Below, in pieces: positions 8,601-16,459 of a stretch of 25,001 nt of DNA. The stretch covers positions 1 through 25,001 of the IMG/VR virus record IMGVR_UViG_3300033067_000011; one strand, given 5' to 3'. Every line of letters starts with the position of its first letter. Positions within the stretch are counted from its first letter, which is position 1. This DNA is from a virus (taxonomy: Duplodnaviria > Caudoviricetes). The notes beneath the pieces were generated by a model, which worked only from the letters and a program-made list of their open reading frames with translations, ran no database searches and had not been told where the DNA came from. A program made the position numbers and the translations under genes.

Positions 8601-8626
8601 AGAGGGGCTTCGGCCCCTTTTCTTTT
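8601..8626 (+). terminator. Rho-independent terminator after major capsid gene
   Basis: AGGGGC-TTCG-GCCCCT hairpin (C-UUCG-G tetraloop) followed by TTTCTTTT. Confidence 0.9.
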
Positions 8627-8640
8627 CTAAAGGAAATAAC

Positions 8641-8751
8641 ATGGCAGGTGGTCTTCAAAAGAAGAAACGAGATGCTACTGGTCCTAAAGAGGCAAAGACC
8701 CCAAAAGGCAAACAGCTTCCCGGTAAGAAAAAGAAACGTGCTTACAAGTAA
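8641..8751 (+). CDS. 36-aa Lys-rich peptide (not in ORF track)
   Basis: AAGGA RBS, ATG 8641, TAA 8749-8751; MAGGLQKKKRDATGPKEAKTPKGKQLPGKKKKRAYK. Confidence 0.7.
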   Translation: MAGGLQKKKRDATGPKEAKTPKGKQLPGKKKKRAYK

Positions 8752-8761
8752 TTTAAATATC

Positions 8762-8801
8762 AGTATCGGTAGATTTCTACCGTTGCAGCCACAACGATAC
8801 T
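8762..8801 (+). promoter_or_regulatory. Candidate structured cis-regulatory RNA (three-way junction) next to RBS
   Basis: AGTATC/GATACT closing stem encloses GGTAG-ATTT-CTACC and GTTG-CAGCCA-CAAC; TAGGAGG follows immediately. Confidence 0.5.
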
Positions 8802-8813
8802 TAGGAGGTTCTA

Positions 8814-9875
8814 ATGGCTAATCCAGTTCGCTTTACAAGTGGTGTATCCACTTTCTCTCCAAAGAGCAATCAAGCCTCTTTCCCGATGGTCCCTACGCCT
8901 AACCAAGGCTGTGTCATTAACGAGTTTGTTCCGTATCGTTCTGGTGACTTTGTAGCAGCCCAGACTAACGGCTCTGCAGCAGCTCTTGCTTGGAACTCTG
9001 GTGGTATTACTCTTAGTACTACTGGTTCTACTACAGGTGATAAAATCATCCTTGGTATGACCTCTCCAGCAATCCAGTATATGCCCGGCAATCAGATGTG
9101 GACAGGTGTTACAGTAGCTGCCCCTAGTACTATTGCTGATGTCAACGTATACTTTGGTGAAGCTAATACTCAAGATATTACGAACTCTCCTACTGACGGT
9201 GTTTACTTCCTTAAACCTGCCGGTGGTACAGCAGTAAACTTGATTGTTAAGAAAGCTGGTACTACCACCACCTTTACTAACATTGCCGATCTTGCTAAAC
9301 CGTCTGGTCTGTATGGAGATGCAACTAGTACTGCAGGTACTCTGACTCCTAACGGCACTGGTACTACTCTGACTTCGTTGGCAGTTGCTACGGGTGGTTC
9401 TGGTTATGCAGCAGCTCCATTGCTGATTACTACTGGTACTAGTGGTTCTGGTGCCGCTGCTTATTGCCAAGTAGCTAGTGGTAGTCTGTATGCTCCTTAC
9501 GTAACTGCCGCAGGTTCTGGTTACACTGCTGGTACATTCTCAGTAACTCCGTTGCCGTGGGTAACTCTGAGTAAGTACTACGATGGTAAAGGCACTCTGT
9601 ACATTGGCGTTAATGGTCGTACTGTAATGTCGATTGGTCCAAGCGGTCGTACTAACGTAGCTGCTGGTGGTACTGCAGCAAATGCATCGTTCCAAAGTTA
9701 CTATGTAACTACTCAGTTGTCTACTTCTGTAGCACCTATCCAACCTCGTGCAGGAGCATTCGATAATCTGATGCCTCTGGTTCCGATGTATCCGGGTGGT
9801 GGTCTTGCTAATACAACTGCAAATGCACGTACAGCATACGTAGATTCGTTCCAGTTGGGATTTGAATATAACTAA
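8814..9875 (+). CDS. Virion structural protein, beta-rich (possible head fibre/decoration)
   Basis: AGGAGG RBS; T/G/A/S-rich 353 aa; two GSGY repeats (VATGGSGYAA, VTAAGSGYTA). Confidence 0.6.
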   Translation: MANPVRFTSGVSTFSPKSNQASFPMVPTPNQGCVINEFVPYRSGDFVAAQTNGSAAALAWNSGGITLSTTGSTTGDKIILGMTSPAIQYMPGNQMWTGVTVAAPSTIADVNVYFGEANTQDITNSPTDGVYFLKPAGGTAVNLIVKKAGTTTTFTNIADLAKPSGLYGDATSTAGTLTPNGTGTTLTSLAVATGGSGYAAAPLLITTGTSGSGAAAYCQVASGSLYAPYVTAAGSGYTAGTFSVTPLPWVTLSKYYDGKGTLYIGVNGRTVMSIGPSGRTNVAAGGTAANASFQSYYVTTQLSTSVAPIQPRAGAFDNLMPLVPMYPGGGLANTTANARTAYVDSFQLGFEYN

Positions 9876-9892
9876 CTAGTAGGATGGACTAA

Positions 9893-10138
9893 ATGGCACA
9901 AGCACCAAATAGTTCGTCCGGTTCTGGAAAAGGTGGTGGAGCTTCTAAAGGAGGTTCCACCTCTTCTAAACAAGGAACCGGAAAACAAACAATTTCTAAA
10001 TCAGGCAAATCTGATCCTATCTTGTCTAATGCCAATCAAATGCCAATCACTCAGGCCCGTAAGGGACAGTCAGGTGAGTATACTACCAAAGGCAAATGGG
10101 CTAACTGGTCAGATGGTACTGAAGTATTTAAAGGTTAA
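9893..10138 (+). CDS. Small G/S/K-rich hypothetical protein
   Basis: AGGA/GGA RBS; 81 aa, low-complexity basic N-terminus; fills the gap between flanking genes. Confidence 0.65.
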   Translation: MAQAPNSSSGSGKGGGASKGGSTSSKQGTGKQTISKSGKSDPILSNANQMPITQARKGQSGEYTTKGKWANWSDGTEVFKG

Positions 10139-10140
10139 TT

Positions 10141-10437
10141 ATGTCAGCAGACTACTATAAACGTGGGTCTTGGAATTTCATCTGTGAGGTCTGTGGACAA
10201 AAGTTTAAAGCAGAACAGATGAGGAAACGGTGGGATGGACTAATCGTCTGTCATGCTGATTGGGAACCAAGACACGCACAGGATTTTGTACGAGGAGTCA
10301 AAGATAATCCATCTGTTCCTATTTCTAGACCAGAGGCTCCTGACTCATTCGTAGTTAACTTTTGTACAATTACTGGGAAACTCTCAGTTGCAGGAGAATC
10401 TTCTGCTGGCTGTTGGGTGGTAGGAACCCCCTCTTGA
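10141..10437 (+). CDS. Putative Zn-ribbon phage protein
   Basis: CEVCG...WDGLIVCHADWEPRHAQDF motif; AAGG RBS. Confidence 0.65.
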   Translation: MSADYYKRGSWNFICEVCGQKFKAEQMRKRWDGLIVCHADWEPRHAQDFVRGVKDNPSVPISRPEAPDSFVVNFCTITGKLSVAGESSAGCWVVGTPS

Positions 10438-10449
10438 TAGGATAACAGA

Positions 10450-11820
10450 ATGGCTTACAGCAGTCTAGGCACTTCGATTAACTTTGTTGATCGAACCACA
10501 GTAGTACCTACGCCTTGGGTACAAGATGTAAATAATGTAGTATATGGGCTACTAGGCAATGGGACAAATGCTCCTACTACTGTAACAGACATTCTGTTGT
10601 CTCTTGGATTGAATCCAACTGCAGTGTCTCGTACAGTAGTCTCTGCAGGACTAGGACAAACTGTATTTAGTATTCCTACCTATGTCCCAGGTTCTAATGG
10701 TCTTTCTGTATACATTAATGGTGTACGACAGACTAGCACAGCATATACAGAGACAGATGCAAACACAGTTACCTTCTCTACTGGAGCACTTACTGCCGGA
10801 GATTCTTACGAATTTGTGATTGCTAATACAATCGTAAGTGGTGGTTATACTCTTCCACCAGCTACTATTAGTACTCTAGGTGGTGTTAAAGTAGGAACTG
10901 GATTGTCTGTTGCAGGAGATGGTACAATCACCAATGCCGGTGTTACTGGCCTTACAGCAGGTACTGGTATCACTATTTCTAGTAGCACTGGTAATGTTCT
11001 TATTTCTTCTGTGGCAGGTGGTACAGGAACAGTGACAAGTGTTGGTCTGTCTATGCCAGCTATATTTAATGTATCTGGTACTCCAGTCACTGTATCTGGT
11101 ACATTGGCAGCTACCCTAGTTTCACAAAGTGCTAATACATTCTTGGCAGCCCCAGATGGTAGTGCAGGTACTCCTACCTTTAGAACTATTGTAGCAGCAG
11201 ACATCCCAACCCTAAACCAGAATACTACGGGTACTGCAAGTAACGTAACTGGTACAGTAACTACTGCTCATGGTGGTACTGGGCTTACCAGTATTGGTAG
11301 TGCTAATCAAGTACTGGGTGTAAACACAGGTGCTTCTGGACTAGAGTATAAAACAATTACTGCAGGTACTAATATTGCAATTACTCCTGCTGCGGGCAGT
11401 ATTACAATTGCTACTTCTGGTCTAGGCACAATGGCAACACAGAATGCAAGTTCAGTTGCAATTACTGGCGGAACTGCTTCTGCTGTTACTTTGACAGCCC
11501 ACAGAGAAAAAGTAATTACTGCAAATAGTTCTACTGCCTACACTGTAGATGCTAGTACAGGGGAAGCATGGAAACTAACCATGACTGGTAACTGTACTCT
11601 TACTCTGTCTGGACAATCTGCTTCTGACCTTACCCCAATCATGTTGTATTTGATTCAGGATGGAACAGGATCAAGAACTATGACTTGGCCAGCTTCTGTA
11701 AAGTGGGGTACTTCTGGAGCACCAACTCTTTCTACTGCTGCTGGTAAAATTGACATTGTAACTTTGTTTACTTTGGATAATGGAACTACTTGGATTGGTT
11801 CCTACAGATTGGGGTTCTAA
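10450..11820 (+). CDS. Tail fibre protein
   Basis: Mosaic of fibre motifs: LSVYINGVRQ domain, YTLPPATISTLGGVKVG, GTVTSVGLS, LGTMATQNASSVAITGG and C-terminal IQDGTGSRTMTWPASVKW...PTLSTAAGKIDIV domain. Confidence 0.8.
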   Translation: MAYSSLGTSINFVDRTTVVPTPWVQDVNNVVYGLLGNGTNAPTTVTDILLSLGLNPTAVSRTVVSAGLGQTVFSIPTYVPGSNGLSVYINGVRQTSTAYTETDANTVTFSTGALTAGDSYEFVIANTIVSGGYTLPPATISTLGGVKVGTGLSVAGDGTITNAGVTGLTAGTGITISSSTGNVLISSVAGGTGTVTSVGLSMPAIFNVSGTPVTVSGTLAATLVSQSANTFLAAPDGSAGTPTFRTIVAADIPTLNQNTTGTASNVTGTVTTAHGGTGLTSIGSANQVLGVNTGASGLEYKTITAGTNIAITPAAGSITIATSGLGTMATQNASSVAITGGTASAVTLTAHREKVITANSSTAYTVDASTGEAWKLTMTGNCTLTLSGQSASDLTPIMLYLIQDGTGSRTMTWPASVKWGTSGAPTLSTAAGKIDIVTLFTLDNGTTWIGSYRLGF

Positions 11821-11821
11821 T

Positions 11822-12523
11822 ATGTTATGGTTTAATAACATGACAACACAAGGTGCTACTTCTGGTTCCACTGATCCATATTTTAGTAATGTTATTCTAT
11901 TAATGCATATGGATGGTACAAATGGAGGTACTACTTTTACTGATGTAAAAGGACACACAGTAACTCCAACAAGTTGTACTACTTCTACTACACAATTTAA
12001 GTATGGAACTGCTTCTGGTGTTTTTAATGGGGCATCATCTAAATTGGTTATCACCACAACTTCTGGAGAGTTTGATTTTGGTACAGGTGATTTTACTGTA
12101 GAATGCTTTGTACGTTTTTTTAATCCAGCCAATGGTAGTGTTATATTTGGTGGGACTTCTTCTTCTTCACAAGCCGGCAATTTATCTCTCTATGTGATAG
12201 CAGACAACACCCTTAGAATTATTGGTGGCGGTAATATCGTAGATTTTGTTGGAACCTCATTCTCCGCATCTACTTGGTATCATATAGCAATATGTAGAAG
12301 TGGTACAAATATGAGGGCTTTTGTAAATGGCACTCAATACGGATCGACCGCTACCAGCAATACTACAAACTTTTCTAGTGGGGCATCTTCTTATATTATA
12401 GGACAATTCACTGATGGAGTCCAGTTTCTGTGGAGTTATTTAGACGAAGTGAGGATAACTAAAGGTGTGGCCAGATATACTTCGAATTTTACTGCCCCTA
12501 CAGCAGCTTTCCCAGATAGTTAA
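11822..12523 (+). CDS. LamG/concanavalin A-like domain protein, putative receptor-binding adhesin
   Basis: DPYFSNVILLMHMDG, FGTGDFTVECFV, WYHIAICRSG..RAFVNG and YLDEVRITKGVARYT are LamG-like motifs; start moved to ATG 11822, just after the upstream stop. Confidence 0.8.
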   Translation: MLWFNNMTTQGATSGSTDPYFSNVILLMHMDGTNGGTTFTDVKGHTVTPTSCTTSTTQFKYGTASGVFNGASSKLVITTTSGEFDFGTGDFTVECFVRFFNPANGSVIFGGTSSSSQAGNLSLYVIADNTLRIIGGGNIVDFVGTSFSASTWYHIAICRSGTNMRAFVNGTQYGSTATSNTTNFSSGASSYIIGQFTDGVQFLWSYLDEVRITKGVARYTSNFTAPTAAFPDS

Positions 12524-12533
12524 GGATTTATTT

Positions 12534-14177
12534 ATGGCTAATACAGCACCTAATGCAAAACAAGTAGTATACACTCCTTCTGGAAGTATCACAGCAACAA
12601 ATGTACAAGATGCAGTACAACAAGCAGCAACAGCAGCATCAATTTCTCCACCAATCCAAATTACTCATTACGTAGCTGCACAGCATACAAATACTTTGCG
12701 TATTGATCGTGATGCTAGTTATACTGGGGGTACCCCGGGTTGGGTAAACGGTGCAGTAGTAGGTCATACTGTTGCTGGTGCAAACAATGCAGACTTTGAA
12801 TGGGCGATCCTTGGTTATGTAGATAACTATGCAACTGCAGGTGAAAACGTAGGGGTGTATGGTCAAGGCAACATGTGGTCTACTGGTCCTACTTGGGGTA
12901 TGGTAGCAGAAGCTACCGATATGACCAACTCTCCAACCACTGTAGGTTCTTCTGGTTTGGTAGGTATTGAGGTAGACTGTTATGCCAATGGAGACGATGC
13001 TTACGAACGTCGAGTCGGTATCCAAGTAGGTGCGGGCAATGCACAACTGATTCGTAATAGTGTTCCAGGAGTTGGTCCTAACCAAGCAGCAAGAGCAATC
13101 TGGATTACTGGTGATAATACCAATGCTTGGTGGAAAGTTGGCGTAGATATTATTTCTGCCAAGACTGCTGGTATTCGAAACTCTGCTACTGGTACATATG
13201 GTATCCTACACTCAGGAACATATAATGTAGGCATTGACATTTCCACTGCAACACATAGTACTGGTACTGCCTTGCGATTGAAACATGATGACTACATCGC
13301 AATGGAAGCATCTGATGTAGTTCGTTTCAAGTACAACAACTCTACTGGATTCCTAGAATTCTACAGTGGCACTACTCGAAAAGGATACATGGACTTTGGA
13401 GCTGGTGGCGTAGATGTTCAAATGAATGCTTCTGGCTCTGGTGGTGGTTCTACATTTACTACAATTACAGTAACAGATGGTACGAGTGGTGGTAGGATTA
13501 AAGGAGATTTCTCTAATGCTAATCCTGTTCTTATCACTTCGTTCCAAAGTACTACTGTAAATGGTGATACTAAAGTAGGGATTATTCCAAATGGAACTAA
13601 CACTAGCAGCAGTATTAATGCCATTAATAACTCCACTGCTACTAATTCTGGGATTGGTCAATTTGGTATATCTAATACTGCTACCATTATTAATAGTACA
13701 GTAGCAGGTTCTGGTACACAACTACCAATTGATTTCCAGATGGCAGGAACCACTAAGGCTCGTCTGGGTACTACAGGACATCTGTTGATTGGTACAACCA
13801 CAGATAACGGTTCTGGTGCTTTGTTGCAAGTAAATGGTTCTATGACTCTTGTAACTGCTCTTGGTATTGCTTCTGGTGGTACTGGAGCAAGTTCTGCTGC
13901 TGGTGCACGTACAAACCTAGCAGTTCCGGGTCTTGCAGATGCTAATACTCTTACTAATACCAACATCTTCACAGGCTCTGTACAGTTCCAAACAGCTACT
14001 ACAATCTTCTATGGTGATGTAGCAATGCAGGCTTCTGTAACAACTGCATGGACTGGTACTGGTAACGTAACTACTTCTGCAACTGGTGGAGCAGCAACTG
14101 CATTGCCATCTAATCCACAAGGATACTTGCGTATTAAGATCGATGGTATTGCATACAAGATTCCATATTACAACTAA
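12534..14177 (+). CDS. Tail spike/fibre protein
   Basis: Start moved to ATG 12534 (TAAGGA RBS); GSITATNVQDAVQQ anchor motif, G-rich beta repeats, GHLLIGTTTDNG..LQVNG, GGTGASSAAGARTNL and C-terminal PQGYLRIKIDG..YKIPYY. Confidence 0.75.
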   Translation: MANTAPNAKQVVYTPSGSITATNVQDAVQQAATAASISPPIQITHYVAAQHTNTLRIDRDASYTGGTPGWVNGAVVGHTVAGANNADFEWAILGYVDNYATAGENVGVYGQGNMWSTGPTWGMVAEATDMTNSPTTVGSSGLVGIEVDCYANGDDAYERRVGIQVGAGNAQLIRNSVPGVGPNQAARAIWITGDNTNAWWKVGVDIISAKTAGIRNSATGTYGILHSGTYNVGIDISTATHSTGTALRLKHDDYIAMEASDVVRFKYNNSTGFLEFYSGTTRKGYMDFGAGGVDVQMNASGSGGGSTFTTITVTDGTSGGRIKGDFSNANPVLITSFQSTTVNGDTKVGIIPNGTNTSSSINAINNSTATNSGIGQFGISNTATIINSTVAGSGTQLPIDFQMAGTTKARLGTTGHLLIGTTTDNGSGALLQVNGSMTLVTALGIASGGTGASSAAGARTNLAVPGLADANTLTNTNIFTGSVQFQTATTIFYGDVAMQASVTTAWTGTGNVTTSATGGAATALPSNPQGYLRIKIDGIAYKIPYYN

Positions 14178-14185
14178 GGAAAGAT

Positions 14186-14323
14186 ATGACTGAACAAGAA
14201 CTGAAACTTGAAAACATTAATCTGAAGCTACAGTTGTTGGAAGCACAGGGTAAGTACCTACAACTCCAATACAATATTCTAGTAAAAGAGAAAGAAGAGT
14301 TGGAAAAAACTCAGGAGGAATAA
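14186..14323 (+). CDS. 45-aa coiled-coil protein, possible fibre assembly chaperone (not in ORF track)
   Basis: TAAGGA RBS; MTEQELKLENINLKLQLLEAQGKYLQLQYNILVKEKEELEKTQEE; exactly fills the gap and carries the next gene's AGGAGG RBS. Confidence 0.75.
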   Translation: MTEQELKLENINLKLQLLEAQGKYLQLQYNILVKEKEELEKTQEE

Positions 14324-14324
14324 C

Positions 14325-15050
14325 ATGGCAACTTCTGGTACATACTCCTTCTCTGTTACTAGAGATGACATTGTAAATGCTGCCCTTCGTAGTTTGTCTG
14401 TTCTAGACCAAGCATCTACTGCTAACAGTTCAGACTTGACTAATTGTGGACAGGCCTTGAATATGATTATGAAGCAGTGGGCAGATGAAGGTGCTCCTCT
14501 GTGGACTATTCAGTGGATTCAGATTCCTTTGACTGCTGCTAATGGTCAGTACACTATTGGCCCAACTGGCTCGGTGGTACTATCATACAGGCCAACAAGA
14601 ATCTTGTCTGCCTTTATCAGAAACAATACTACTAATACAGATACTACTCTTGAGATCATCTCTAGGACTGCTTATGAGATGCTTGGAGATAAGTCTAGCC
14701 AGAGTATTGTGAATCAGATTTACTACGATGCACAGATTCCTAATGGTACTCTTTACTGTTATAATGTTCCAGTAAATTCTAACTATACTATCTGGCTATC
14801 TGTACAGAGACCTCTACAAGATATTTCTACAGGAACTGAAAACTTTGATGTTCCTCAAGAATGGTTTATTCCTTTGAAGTGGGCTCTAGCAGAAGAAGTA
14901 AGTCTTGAATATGGTGCAGATGTGACTACCATTCAATTTATTGCTCAAAAGGCTGAGTTCTACAAAGCCAAAGCATTTAACTGGCAACAAGAAGAAACAT
15001 CGATTACGTTCTCTGTTGATCCTCAATCTTATTATTTGGGAAGACGATAA
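14325..15050 (+). CDS. Head-to-tail adaptor (P22 gp4-like)
   Basis: TRDDIVNAALRSL...ALNMIMKQW N-terminus and VPQEWFIPLKWALAEEV..EYG C-terminus; precedes the nozzle gene. Confidence 0.7.
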   Translation: MATSGTYSFSVTRDDIVNAALRSLSVLDQASTANSSDLTNCGQALNMIMKQWADEGAPLWTIQWIQIPLTAANGQYTIGPTGSVVLSYRPTRILSAFIRNNTTNTDTTLEIISRTAYEMLGDKSSQSIVNQIYYDAQIPNGTLYCYNVPVNSNYTIWLSVQRPLQDISTGTENFDVPQEWFIPLKWALAEEVSLEYGADVTTIQFIAQKAEFYKAKAFNWQQEETSITFSVDPQSYYLGRR

Positions 15051-16459
15051 TGCCAACACTAAGACTTCCACTTGCTGCCTCCCAGATCGGAACCCGCAAT
15101 GGGAGTCTTTCTTACGATGCTCTTCTACAGAATTGTATCGTAGAGAAAACAAGTACAGAAGAGGCTGGAATTGTTAAACGAGATGCTGCAGTAGTTACTA
15201 CCACAGTAACTGATGTTAATGCAGTGTCTTCTATTATTCCAGTAGGGATGTGGGAATTTGGTGGTCTTGTAACATGGGCATATGGATATACAACTGGTCC
15301 AGCGTACAAGATTCAGATCAAACAGAATCCAAATTCTCCTTCTAATCTTAACTTGATGACTGTTGCTCTAGGTGAACAGAACTTCCCTATTAGTGCTTCT
15401 TATGATCCTATTGTAGGTAAGTATCTGTTTGCTACTGCTACTACTGCATATGATGGAGCATCTGGTACAGCAATTACATTGCCCACTGCAACTCTGGCTT
15501 TTGGTTCTGCTTGGTTAGACGGATTCTTCTTTATCTACGGTACAGATGGTAAAGTATATAACTCTAACCTAGATGATCCTAGAACTTGGGCAGCTCTGGA
15601 CAGTATTAAACCACAGACAGATATTGGGTATCCCACTCGGTTAACTCGGTACCTAAACTATATTGTTACTTTTGGTAGTACTGGCTATTTCGGCTTCTTC
15701 GATGCTGGAAATGCAACAGGAAGTCCTCTGAGCCCAGTACCAAACTTTACAGGACAAATCGGATGTGCCTCTCCTTATTCTGTTTGTACAGTTGGGAATT
15801 CACTGCTTTGGCTTGGTCGTGATCCAACTGGTAGCTATGGTGTATATGAACTCGTAGGTACAAATATTAAGAAAGTATCTACAGATGCTATCGATAGGGT
15901 TCTAAATGCAAATCGAGATAGCTTTGCTAAAGGTACATTCCTGTATATAGGTGGTCATAGGGGTTACTATTTATCTTCCTACGGACTGTTCTATGATGTA
16001 GAAACAGGAACATGGTCTTACTTTACCAATGGTTCTTACGACAACTCGTTTGGTCCTTGGTCGTGTTGGTTTACTGCTGGTAACTATATTTTCCATGCAT
16101 ACTCAAGTACAGCAGGAAAACCTTCTGTATGTACTCTGTCAGGAACAACCTACCAAGAATTCGGTTCTGCTATAAATGTTAAAGTAGTTACTAATGAGTT
16201 TGATAGGTCTAATCGATGGAAGTTCATTCATGAGATTGATCTAATCTCAGATAAAGTGAATGGCACTCCTCTGATTAGATGGACAGACAATGATTTCCAG
16301 TCTTGGTCTTCTAGTTACTCCTTCAATACAAGTAACAATAAGAGTAGTATATATCGATTAGGTAGAACTCGTAGGCGATCTTTTGAGATTACTCATACAG
16401 ACAACACAGCATTTAGAGCCTATTACTTAGAAGTAGATTATGATATTGGAGAACGGTAA
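15050..16459 (+). CDS. Tail hub/nozzle (P22 gp10-like packaged-DNA stabilization protein)
   Basis: 469 aa beta-propeller-like; LDGFF, IGCASPYSV..VGNSLLWLG, KKVSTDAID and LIRWTDND..SWS...YRLGRTRRRSFEI motifs. Confidence 0.75.
   Translation: MPTLRLPLAASQIGTRNGSLSYDALLQNCIVEKTSTEEAGIVKRDAAVVTTTVTDVNAVSSIIPVGMWEFGGLVTWAYGYTTGPAYKIQIKQNPNSPSNLNLMTVALGEQNFPISASYDPIVGKYLFATATTAYDGASGTAITLPTATLAFGSAWLDGFFFIYGTDGKVYNSNLDDPRTWAALDSIKPQTDIGYPTRLTRYLNYIVTFGSTGYFGFFDAGNATGSPLSPVPNFTGQIGCASPYSVCTVGNSLLWLGRDPTGSYGVYELVGTNIKKVSTDAIDRVLNANRDSFAKGTFLYIGGHRGYYLSSYGLFYDVETGTWSYFTNGSYDNSFGPWSCWFTAGNYIFHAYSSTAGKPSVCTLSGTTYQEFGSAINVKVVTNEFDRSNRWKFIHEIDLISDKVNGTPLIRWTDNDFQSWSSSYSFNTSNNKSSIYRLGRTRRRSFEITHTDNTAFRAYYLEVDYDIGER

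Noticed and set aside
7666-8658. 330-aa minus-strand ORF opposite the major capsid gene
   Set aside because: Antisense shadow expected from strong codon bias in the capsid gene; no recognisable motifs and it spans the terminator.
8474-8821. 115-aa plus-strand ORF overlapping the capsid end
   Set aside because: Crosses the terminator, has no RBS and no evident slippery site; the 36-aa ORF at 8641 explains the region better.
11780-12533. Upstream starts given by the ORF track (11780, 12465)
   Set aside because: They overlap upstream genes; ATG 11822 and ATG 12534 follow the upstream stops and have better RBS context.
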